In this document: positions 55,040-64,000 of the stretch, piece after piece
How the letters are laid out: every line of letters begins with the position of its first letter
How positions within the stretch are numbered: position 1 is the first letter of the stretch
Origin: Flectonema sp. DT1601
Lineage: Eukaryota
Assembly: GCA_964019425.1 (NCBI GenBank)
Contig: OZ025788.1
Coordinates: 1,240,001 to 1,304,000, forward strand
Reading direction: 5' to 3'
DNA length: 64,000 nt
Position numbers and translations under genes: made by a program
Notes under the pieces: generated by a model
The model's database searches: none
What the model was told of the DNA's origin: nothing
Seen by the model: only the letters and a program-made list of their open reading frames with translations

Positions 55040-56275
55040 ATGGAATGTCTCCGACAGTCGGAGCACTTTCATATTATATTGAAGGGAGGAGTCGGGTACG
55101 ATTTAAGACCTGAGCCGGGGTTTAAATTACAAGTGAGGTTTATTGCGACTCAAGCAAACTCCAAAGGAAAAGTAAAAAAATCAACTTTATCAGTTAGAAC
55201 AGCTGGGAGTCGTCAGTACAAGTTGATAGCTACGATGAAAGGAGGAGATGATAATCACTGCACTTTTAATAAGAATGTTAGTTTTTATGAAAATGTTGAG
55301 TTGTTTTTGTCTGAAGGAGAAGCAATAGTTTTCTGCTGCTGGGTCCTGTTTAATGAACAACAGCTGTTGGACTCATACAGTGATTCTGATTCTGAATGTG
55401 TTGTACCAGAACCAGGTGATAGAACTTGTACTTGGCAAGTTCCTTCATCAGGTTTCCTTCAATCACCTTCTAGCTCTTCTTCAGAGGCCCCTGAATTAGT
55501 CAATACTTTTGATGAGGATGACGCACCAGATATTACACCACCCCGGGTTTTTTCATTAGTCGCGTCTTCTTCTCCAGAAAGGTCAATTTCACGATCATCT
55601 GAAGAACGTGGTGGTTACTATGTTCGTGTTCCTCAAGGAAGTCCTGCTCTACAACCTCCACCTCTATCAATTGTAAATAATAAAGAAAGCACAACAGATC
55701 AAATAAAATGTTCTGTTGCTGCGGCTGTTTGTATTGTACTCAGTGAGGCTGTACGATGTCGAATGTCACGAATAGCTCTTCTAAAACAGAGAGAACTATC
55801 AAAGAGGAGATTGGAAGCTTCTGGTGATGGAACTGGTGAGGATTGTGTTATTCCGACGGGGGCATTAATACCACAAGGAGTGTTAAAGAGGAAATCTAGA
55901 TTAAAGAGAAGTAAGCTATCCTGTAGTCCTCATCACTCACCAGCTATGGCACCAAAGACTAACAAGAAGAATGTTAATTGGAATCCACGATCACCTGATG
56001 TGAGATTTATTTCACCACCTCTATCAGCAATTCATAAAGCATTCTCTGGAGGGTTACTAGACATCGGTATTCCAATGCTTAGTGACATGCCTTCTGTGTC
56101 TTCATCATCTCTTGGTTCTATTAAGACATCAAAAACATCATCTCCTCTCTCAGTATTATCAGATTCTGACAATGATTTTGCAACTTCTCAGCCTCCCGTT
56201 AGGAGAACACCTCATCGACCACATCTCCAACCTAAAATAACACCCATGCATCTAAGACCTACTGTGATTGAATGA
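55040..56275 (+). CDS. 411-aa hypothetical protein with a possible N-terminal nucleoplasmin-like beta domain, an acidic patch, Ser/Pro-rich disorder and an RVxW-type motif
   Basis: Long ORF with host-like codons. The ~100-aa alternating beta-strand N-terminus is followed by DSYSDSDSE. KKNVNW lies at 55964-55981. The domain call is tentative. Confidence 0.7.
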   Translation: MECLRQSEHFHIILKGGVGYDLRPEPGFKLQVRFIATQANSKGKVKKSTLSVRTAGSRQYKLIATMKGGDDNHCTFNKNVSFYENVELFLSEGEAIVFCCWVLFNEQQLLDSYSDSDSECVVPEPGDRTCTWQVPSSGFLQSPSSSSSEAPELVNTFDEDDAPDITPPRVFSLVASSSPERSISRSSEERGGYYVRVPQGSPALQPPPLSIVNNKESTTDQIKCSVAAAVCIVLSEAVRCRMSRIALLKQRELSKRRLEASGDGTGEDCVIPTGALIPQGVLKRKSRLKRSKLSCSPHHSPAMAPKTNKKNVNWNPRSPDVRFISPPLSAIHKAFSGGLLDIGIPMLSDMPSVSSSSLGSIKTSKTSSPLSVLSDSDNDFATSQPPVRRTPHRPHLQPKITPMHLRPTVIE

Positions 56276-56757
56276 GAGTAATGTTATCAAAACATATTAG
56301 ACAGTGAATACAGTCTGAGGTCAGTTATATCAATGTGTTGCCCGTCATATAATAAGGGAAAAAGTGCCTACAATAAGGAGGACAAAAAAAAAAAAAAAAA
56401 AAAAAAAAAGAACAAACGAATTTTTAGAAGAAAAAAAATAACAAAAAAAAAAAAAAAAATTATAACAAAGAGGGAGCCATTGAGTTTGTTTTACTTTATT
56501 GAGAGGCTCTCCTTAGCAGTTGTGGAATCTCCCAATGCTAAAGTTGTTTGCTCATCAGTAGGTTGTTAACCTTCTGTAGGATTTCATTGCAGGTAACGAA
56601 CCGACATATTCAATAAGTCATTCATCACGTGGTGTTTTTTATAATCATATTCGTAACAGGAATTACTTCATGAGAGAATGGATATGTACAATTTGTTTGT
56701 TTTGTTTAATAACAGAAAAAAGATTTTTTTCAGAAGGGGGTCCGCAACAACAACAAC

Positions 56758-59529
56758 ATGCATCCCAATCTCCGACGAATGTTGGACGCTTTTCGTTATT
56801 TTGATCCACAGCACTCGGGTACTATAGCACAAGAAGCCTTTCTGCAACAAGTGAAACAGTTAAGTGGGAACGTACCAGCGGTAGAGACACTTCTCGAACA
56901 GTTTAGCAGCAGTGTTTACCCTGACAGGGTTGATTATAACGCATTCATTGCTCACTTAGATACTATGCTTGAAAGGCAAGCAGGAGAAAAGATAAAGGAA
57001 ATGGCGCTACAAAGATATCGGCAACACCAATCCCCAGCCAGAGATATCAGATCACCTCCTGGATTTATAGAACCTGATGAGGATCGTAGTCAGAATTCAG
57101 CGAGAAATAATAAAGTTATTGAAATACCAATAAGAAACTTGTTTACTGAAATTGACACCAACAGAAATGGTCTCGTGACATACAGTGAGGTCTACAGTGC
57201 TTTGGTATCAGGTGGAGTTCAGATACCTGTTTCTGAATATAAAATGTTATATTACGGAATAGATCAAGATGGGAAAGGTTTCCTCAATCTTCAGGAATTT
57301 GCGATTCTTGTTGACCAGATTCACGCTCGAGAACACAAAGACACTCACTCAACAGAATATCTATTCCGATGTATTGATCGTAACAGTGATGAGTTCATCT
57401 CATATAGTGACCTACAAGAAAGTCATCGTGGACTGAATAGTGATTCTATTCCTTTACAATTATTTAATAAGTTTAGTGACCCTCAAGGCTTTCTTGATTT
57501 CAGTAAATTTAATAACCTGTTGGAATATATGCATGGCTTCATTCCAAAACATGTTATTTCAATGTTTTATGATATCGATACCGCAGGTAGAGGACTCGCA
57601 TCATTTAATGACCTAGTCAGTGGTTTGCGTAAACGCGGAGCTACTTTATCCCGATCTCAGTTTAATAAAATTGATAAATTCGGAGAAGGCTATCTCGACC
57701 TTTATCAATTCGTTGATCTCGTTGATGATCTTCGTGAGACGCCAAAACGCACTCGGATGCAGTACTCTACCAACCTGCCGACTCAATCAAAAACTTCTCC
57801 AGGAATTGATTATAACGATGAGAGTAATGTTCGAGTTGAAGAAATTGATAGCAAACCAACAAGGAACTCGTTTATGCAAAATGCAGTGAAACACGTACAG
57901 TATCAGCATACGATGGGTCATCAAGATCCTGCAGAAGGAAATTATAAAATAGAAGATGAAGAACAAGAACAAGAAGATAATTACATTGTAGACAACAGGT
58001 CAATAAGTCATTCAAGTAGACAGCAATCTATTGAAAGAGGAAGAAGTGTTTCACAAAACAGATCTTCTCCAACTCCGTCGTCAATTCCTCAGAGTGATGA
58101 GTTTGTTCCAACTTCTCAAAGTCGAAGATCCCCATCACTAAATTCACACATCGAAGTAGAAGTAGATTACACTAACGGAAGTCATCAACAAGATGTTGTT
58201 GTTGATAATCACAATTCACGAATGAGATCCTTCACACCAAATAGTAGTCGTGTTAGTTATGTAGAACCTGTTCAATATCAAAATCAACATTCATCACAAC
58301 AACAAAATAGAAACTCTATTCAGTATGAAGCGATCCCGCAACAGGATGTCAGTCGGAGGGTGAGTTCTGAAAAAACTCTTCCGGAGGCTTCGTATGATGA
58401 AGTTGATGTTGTCGGTGGGCAATTAGAACAACCAGTTAGGGGTCGCGTTCAACAGCAACATCAACAACCACACCAACAACAACAACAACAACAACCACAG
58501 CAACAACAACAACAACAACATGTTGTAAATAACATCGTTCCCAATGAAATAAAAATTTTATTCCAAGACATCGATACCAATTCTGATGGTGTTGTCACTT
58601 ACGAAGAAGTTTTTAACACAATTTCTAAAAGGGGATTACTTATTTCTGAACAAGAATATGATCTCCAATTTGGACGTGTCGACCAACACGCCAATGGATT
58701 CATCAACGCCCATCAGTTCTCCTCTCTTTGGATGGCTTTAGTTTCCTTTAACGAAAGAGGTATTTCATCATCTACTTCTGGTATACTTAAGAAATCAATT
58801 ATAAAATTAAAACCTATCGCTGCTAAACTTTTAATGCAATGCAGTGAACTTGACACGTCAAGAAACGGAGCAGTTTCTGTAAAATTGTTGAGAGACATCG
58901 CAAAACAAAATAATATTGAATTGACTGACTATGAATTAAATGCGATGTCGGGATGTAAAGAAACACTCGACTACATTAAACTGATTGGACTCTTGATGGA
59001 GGCAGAAAATAAAGAATCAACGCAAAAACCACAACAGAGTCAGAGTCTTTCTCCATCTGGAAGTGCAAGATCGAGATCGTCACCTGTTCGAGTTACGTCA
59101 CCAGTTGTGTCTTCTCAAAAACCAGCTAGGATGAGATGTTCTCGAAGTGTTAAGATAGCACTAACCAAGTTATTAGGTCCTAATGCTGCTGGTATTGTTT
59201 CAAATGCTTTGAGTGATTTCGCGAGGAAATTGAATGTTCGTCCAGCCCCACCTCCAGGATACATTAGATCACAAGACCTTTCAAAAGTAATATCATCATT
59301 GTATAGATCAGTTTCAAGAGAACCAGTCAAATCAGTTCTTCAAGCAGCTGTTCAGATTGGTAAGACTCCATTTCATCCAATCGAATCACCGACAGCGTTT
59401 GAAGCTGCTGCACAAGCTGCTGCTGCCAATATCCGCGCTACATCAACACAAACACTTGTTGATTATCGTTTCTTTCTTGCTGAAACCAGACTAATGTCAC
59501 AGAAACAAGTTCCAGTTCAGATGCCGTAA
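56758..59529 (+). CDS. 923-aa multi-EF-hand calcium-binding protein with a central Ser/Gln-rich linker
   Basis: About 10 EF-like loops, including DTNRNGLVTYSE, DQDGKGFLNLQE, DRNSDEFISYSD, DTNSDGVVTYEE and DQHANGFINAHQ; several are degenerate. Poly-Q from (CAA)n at ~58450-58520. Confidence 0.88.
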   Translation: MHPNLRRMLDAFRYFDPQHSGTIAQEAFLQQVKQLSGNVPAVETLLEQFSSSVYPDRVDYNAFIAHLDTMLERQAGEKIKEMALQRYRQHQSPARDIRSPPGFIEPDEDRSQNSARNNKVIEIPIRNLFTEIDTNRNGLVTYSEVYSALVSGGVQIPVSEYKMLYYGIDQDGKGFLNLQEFAILVDQIHAREHKDTHSTEYLFRCIDRNSDEFISYSDLQESHRGLNSDSIPLQLFNKFSDPQGFLDFSKFNNLLEYMHGFIPKHVISMFYDIDTAGRGLASFNDLVSGLRKRGATLSRSQFNKIDKFGEGYLDLYQFVDLVDDLRETPKRTRMQYSTNLPTQSKTSPGIDYNDESNVRVEEIDSKPTRNSFMQNAVKHVQYQHTMGHQDPAEGNYKIEDEEQEQEDNYIVDNRSISHSSRQQSIERGRSVSQNRSSPTPSSIPQSDEFVPTSQSRRSPSLNSHIEVEVDYTNGSHQQDVVVDNHNSRMRSFTPNSSRVSYVEPVQYQNQHSSQQQNRNSIQYEAIPQQDVSRRVSSEKTLPEASYDEVDVVGGQLEQPVRGRVQQQHQQPHQQQQQQQPQQQQQQQHVVNNIVPNEIKILFQDIDTNSDGVVTYEEVFNTISKRGLLISEQEYDLQFGRVDQHANGFINAHQFSSLWMALVSFNERGISSSTSGILKKSIIKLKPIAAKLLMQCSELDTSRNGAVSVKLLRDIAKQNNIELTDYELNAMSGCKETLDYIKLIGLLMEAENKESTQKPQQSQSLSPSGSARSRSSPVRVTSPVVSSQKPARMRCSRSVKIALTKLLGPNAAGIVSNALSDFARKLNVRPAPPPGYIRSQDLSKVISSLYRSVSREPVKSVLQAAVQIGKTPFHPIESPTAFEAAAQAAAANIRATSTQTLVDYRFFLAETRLMSQKQVPVQMP

Positions 59530-60355
59530 AAATTATATTTTCTTTCCAAACTAACAGACGATTGCTTCTGATGGCAAATATTGTAGACTACAAACACTTC
59601 CCTGTTCCAATCCCCTTAATCCCTTTTCAACAAACGATTAGTAGAATAATATAATTAGAAATAGATCTTTGTGATAACTTTTGCGGTTACTATTCATTCT
59701 TTCTTCGGTAAGAGAGAATTCTTTTTTCTTTCCATCGTGTCATAAGAAATGATGGGAGGAGAGCAAAAAAAAAACATGATGAATTTTCATTTTCGTTTTT
59801 TTTTTTTTCCAATGCCAAGCTACCCTATTTGTGTGAGATAGAGATCATTTTGGCAGCTTTATTTTGACGGCATCATTCTCGTCAAGTGATGAGAGCTTTT
59901 CAAGAATATTAATTTTCGACTACTTTTAAGACGACGAAGTATCACATCTTATCGGAAGTTCTGTTAGAACTCGCAGCTGAGAAATACGAATAGCGCAATG
60001 GACTCTTAGTAGTAAACGGATTTCGTAAAGAAACTCTGTTTGTTTCTTTTTCTTCCTCTTTTTTTTCTTACTGAACCCACACACGCTGATCAGAAATGTG
60101 AAAGCGTAAGCAGTTAAAAAAAGAAGAAGAAAAAAAAAAGGAAATGAACTTTTTTTAAAAAAAAAAAGTACAAAAAAAAAAGGGATGACAAAGTAACCTT
60201 CGCACTCATAATAGAGTGCTTTAGAATATTAGAACTTAAGAAAAGTATTGGTGATCAGCTATTGGAATTTATTATTATTTTTACTTTTTTTACAGGAGGT
60301 ATCCCCTATTCCCCTCCCACCCCTTACCTCCTTAATACTGTAGGATATCTTACAG

Positions 60356-63163
60356 ATGGATTTAATATCCAATTCTGTAGCAACGGAGATGAAAGATTTG
60401 GTATCGAAGAGAGGACTATCTTCAGCTGTGAATGTGATACTTAACTCTCTATTAGTTGTGTGTGATAGAAGAGAACTGTATGCTGGAGTGTCTAGTTGGG
60501 TTGAAGATAACGCGGTTCTTGCAATCCCTCCACTTGGTGAAAAGAATGAAGTCAGTAATGAGACTACCAGATCAACAACACCAGTAAGTACTTCATCAGG
60601 TGAAGCAGGTACTGTTACTGTTAGTAGTAAGACATCTGTTTCATCATTACCAGCAACAACAACAACAACAACAACAACTCTTCCGGTTATAAAATCAAAT
60701 GTACCTCTAAATGGTGTTGTAGTCACAGGAAAAAGACAACCACCAATGAACAGATCTAATCAACAAGGAAAGACAAAAGCTAACAGAAAACAACAACAAT
60801 CAAAGTGCCCGCCATGGTTAGCATATGCTGGTCTACCTTCTGATGGATCAATAGACACAGCAACAGAGATCCAGGCTTATGTTTCTTTTGTTGGAGCAAC
60901 AGAGAGTGAGATTGGAGCGCGTTCCTCAATGAGAACTAGTTTACAGAAACTAGTTCAACTGTTGGTCTCTCCAGAAGCTATTTTAAAAGTGATTGGTTCT
61001 TGGGCTACTGGTCTCGCTTCCTTTAATAGTACTTTAGATCTGGTAGTTGAATGTCCATTTCAAAGTAATATCCTCGAGTCAATTCAAAGTGTCTTTGCAG
61101 ACCTCGGAGTTTGCAGCGAATTCGCGATTGTTGGAGGATTCTCCGCCTTGAAACTCACAAGCGAATCACTTTCTCAAGCTGTGTGGCAACAACAGATGCT
61201 TAATCATAATAGGAATGAACATGGTGATTTCTCTGTTCATATATTCGCTGATGGTAACGCAACAACTATGAATGCTCCAATCAATAGCAGATATGTAACA
61301 ACTAAAATAGCATCTCGACTAAACAAATTTCCTGAAAACAGACGAACTGCTTTCGTTATCAGAGGAATCATTGACAAAACTAACTTGGGAACTCAACCTG
61401 GTGGAATTTCTGGTCATGTCGTATTGTTACTTGTGTTAGCACACTTTGAAGAGACAAAGACGCAGTCGTCGTTTACTGATCCGGGTTGGGTTTTACGTGA
61501 GTTTTTTAGATATTATTCGACTTTTGATTTCGTTAATCATTCAATCAATCCAGTACCATTAGCTGGTGAATCTGTTTTTATACCAAAAGTACATCCTGGT
61601 GATCAATTATCAATATTGGATCCTCTCAGAAGTGGATACAACTCAGCTCACGGAATAACAAAACTCCCTCAGTTAGTCGGAACATTACAATATCTGAGTA
61701 TGTTAATACAAAGATACGATCGTGATACTCGTGGTACTCCATTACTACCTAATTTAGTAGCTTGTGGAGAATCATTGTGGAAACGACACACGTGGCTTCG
61801 TAGAGGAATTGATATCAATAAACATCTTGCTGTCTCTGTTGCTAAAGGAGTGGCAGACTTTCTTGAAGATCCAACAAACATAAGTGCTAAAGAAGAATTG
61901 TTGAGTGTCGCTGCGTGGGATTCTGCGAACAGCATGTTGTCAATGAAATTACAATTAATTCAAAGAATTGTTTCTAAGGCTCATTCTCCTCTTTCTCATT
62001 TTCGTGGTCATGTCCCTCAGTTAGTTGAAGCACTGTCAAGGTTTAAAGACGAACCTGAAGTACAAGAACACTACCAACGAAGTTTACGTAATACGATTTC
62101 AAAAGATTTAATGATCACCGTAGTTAAAGAGATAGCTGATTATGTGACTCTTCCAACTAATCAAAACCTTCGAGAAGAAGTTCGTAGAATTGCCTTTCTT
62201 GGAGAAGGCCAACCAGATCAAGATAATGCTCATCCAATTGCGTTGTATTTATTTACAAAAGTTTCTGAGGATCCAAATTCAGCACTTTGGGAATTTAAAA
62301 CTTGCATTGGACAACTAGTAAGCGCGTTACGTGACAGTTCATATTCACTTGAGCCAGAAGTTCAAGTACAGCGACTTCGAATTATGGGTGCCATGGTAAC
62401 CCCAGAAATCGCAGCAAAGGTCAGCTCCGAAGCTGTCGAATACTTTGAGAACCCGAACAACAAAGAAGAGAGAGAAGAATTAGTGAAATCAATTATTATC
62501 AGTAGCCACACTACTAAAGAAGCTGAAGACGAATGGGTTGAATGGAACGATCAAAAGAACTTATCCGCCTCAGTAGCAGTTTTGGCAAAACTCCGACAAA
62601 ATCCAAACTCAGTAATAAAAGCTGTTAGAGATGATGGTCTTCCTGTACTCGCAAAGATCTTAAATGAGTTTAATGACCTTCCTGAGGTTCGTTTAAACAG
62701 ACAACGAGCGGTGTGTGCGTCCGTGACGGGTGATATCGCCTTTGCTATCGCTAAGGATGTGCTTCGATTCGTTAGAGATCCTAACAACGTTCAAAAAGTA
62801 AAAAGTTTTGGTGACGGTCTCTTAAATGGTGTCAACGGAGGAAGAGAAGTAGCTGAACTCGGCATCCTGCTGGAAATCGCAAAGATGACTGGCTCTCGAT
62901 TGTCTGACTTCAAGGAAGTTCCAATTGAAGACTTTAAGAAGCTTCAAGATTCTCTGGAACGGTTTAAGAATCTTCCAGAAATTGTAGATACGAAAAGAAA
63001 GATTGCAAGACGTATCTTCCAAGTGATGGCTTCAACTCTTCCAAGTAGAATCGCTTCATTTTTCTTCAGACAGATGGGAGATCCTGAAGACCCTGAAGAA
63101 CCCATTGAAGAGATACCAGCTGACGGCGATACAATGCTTCCATCTGATGTTGGTCTTCAATGA
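60356..63163 (+). CDS. 935-aa Trf4/PAPD5-like non-canonical poly(A) polymerase-fold protein, probably catalytically inactive, with four C-terminal helical repeats
   Basis: VIGSWATGLASFNSTLDLVV (GS..DxD region), GGISGHVVLLLV, and the PAP-associated motif LREFFRYYSTFDF..LSILDPL..N. Confidence 0.8.
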   Translation: MDLISNSVATEMKDLVSKRGLSSAVNVILNSLLVVCDRRELYAGVSSWVEDNAVLAIPPLGEKNEVSNETTRSTTPVSTSSGEAGTVTVSSKTSVSSLPATTTTTTTTLPVIKSNVPLNGVVVTGKRQPPMNRSNQQGKTKANRKQQQSKCPPWLAYAGLPSDGSIDTATEIQAYVSFVGATESEIGARSSMRTSLQKLVQLLVSPEAILKVIGSWATGLASFNSTLDLVVECPFQSNILESIQSVFADLGVCSEFAIVGGFSALKLTSESLSQAVWQQQMLNHNRNEHGDFSVHIFADGNATTMNAPINSRYVTTKIASRLNKFPENRRTAFVIRGIIDKTNLGTQPGGISGHVVLLLVLAHFEETKTQSSFTDPGWVLREFFRYYSTFDFVNHSINPVPLAGESVFIPKVHPGDQLSILDPLRSGYNSAHGITKLPQLVGTLQYLSMLIQRYDRDTRGTPLLPNLVACGESLWKRHTWLRRGIDINKHLAVSVAKGVADFLEDPTNISAKEELLSVAAWDSANSMLSMKLQLIQRIVSKAHSPLSHFRGHVPQLVEALSRFKDEPEVQEHYQRSLRNTISKDLMITVVKEIADYVTLPTNQNLREEVRRIAFLGEGQPDQDNAHPIALYLFTKVSEDPNSALWEFKTCIGQLVSALRDSSYSLEPEVQVQRLRIMGAMVTPEIAAKVSSEAVEYFENPNNKEEREELVKSIIISSHTTKEAEDEWVEWNDQKNLSASVAVLAKLRQNPNSVIKAVRDDGLPVLAKILNEFNDLPEVRLNRQRAVCASVTGDIAFAIAKDVLRFVRDPNNVQKVKSFGDGLLNGVNGGREVAELGILLEIAKMTGSRLSDFKEVPIEDFKKLQDSLERFKNLPEIVDTKRKIARRIFQVMASTLPSRIASFFFRQMGDPEDPEEPIEEIPADGDTMLPSDVGLQ

Positions 63164-63668
63164 GTTTTTGATCAATTCTTTTTTCTTTGGCGGTCAATCT
63201 CTTACCTGCTCTTTTTTATTTTTTTTATATGTGTTTCTGCAGTACTGTTTTCAGTTTTGCTTCTTGTGCACCGTGTCAGTGCTTTTCCATATCTCCCCCC
63301 CCCTTTTTTTTTTCTTCTGTTTGACATTTTATGGTATTTCCTTTACGTCTGTCATTGTTTAGTTACGGCCTGTGGAGGGGGGAAAAAAAAGAGAATATGG
63401 GAGAAAGAAGTTGTTTGATTCCGCTTATGTATTGAGGAAAAGAGGGAGAAAAAAAAAGATTTAAAAAAAAAAAAAAAATTGTGAGCACTATCGAACAGCT
63501 ACCTATGAATAGTCAGAGTAGTGAATCTCTCGACATCTCCCTCAAAGTTTTGTAGGACTGCACAGGTTATCGATTTTCCATCCCAAAAATCTCAAAAAAA
63601 AAAATTTTCATTCACATTTTCATCAAGACAACATGTCCTGAGTGACTTCAGATTCAGTCTCTTCCCTT

Positions 63669-63704
<36 letters not shown>

Positions 63705-64000
63705 AGTTTTGGTTACTGAACTGAAGTATTTTCTTTTTTTTCCTGAGCGATTAAGATTAAAATTGAGGGGTACATACACCTACTAAATAAATATATATAA
63801 TGCAAAACTAATTTTCTTTTCCCCAACTCTCCGGGGATAATAAGAACTGTTTTGTTTTCCCTTGAGTACGTGCGTAGTTGCTGAATTACCAGATTCGATA
63901 ACGTTCTGGTCAAGACAGAAATATATTTCCCATTTCTTTTGATGAATGGCTTCAAATATTGTTTTAATACTTTAGAAGAAGTTAATATTTTTTTTACATT

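Noticed and set aside
59526..59557. Possible 32-nt terminal intron (GTAAAA…CTAACAG) extending the EF-hand protein
   Set aside because: It is much shorter than the other introns, the donor is atypical and the extension cannot be validated without transcripts.
59886..59980. Possible box C/D snoRNA (GTGATGA … CTGA, ~95 nt)
   Set aside because: No convincing terminal stem, internal C'/D' boxes or recognisable rRNA guide, and such short motifs arise by chance. It would need snoscan or small-RNA data.

Overview
This is AT-rich eukaryotic (protist) genomic DNA carrying eight protein-coding genes, all on the + strand, with short GT-AG introns. That layout suggests a euglenozoan such as a diplonemid, which is an inference. 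The first half is one giant, probably 5'-truncated surface-receptor ORF of at least 10,811 aa: Ig-like modules, IPT/TIG, EGF-like repeats, a Cys-rich segment, a multi-TM region, an EF-hand and a PDZ domain. Its middle is a 16-kb array of 4.75 apparently identical GC/CpG-rich 3,375-bp units, set between AT-rich diverged copies of the same protein unit. Splicing joins ORFs 41445-48059 and 48395-49678 into one ~2,678-aa protein in which two [WWE-like + R-S-E ADP-ribosyltransferase + ankyrin] modules are fused to a 6-TM cyclic-nucleotide-gated-type channel with a C-linker and cNMP-binding domain. This candidate 'chanzyme' is the most striking finding. The other genes encode an acylated CUE+Tudor protein, an ankyrin protein with a coding minisatellite, a TBC1D23 homolog, a nucleoplasmin-like protein, a multi-EF-hand protein, and a Trf4-like nucleotidyltransferase lacking catalytic aspartates and carrying four ~100-aa helical repeats. 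All domain calls are by-eye motif recognition, not database searches.
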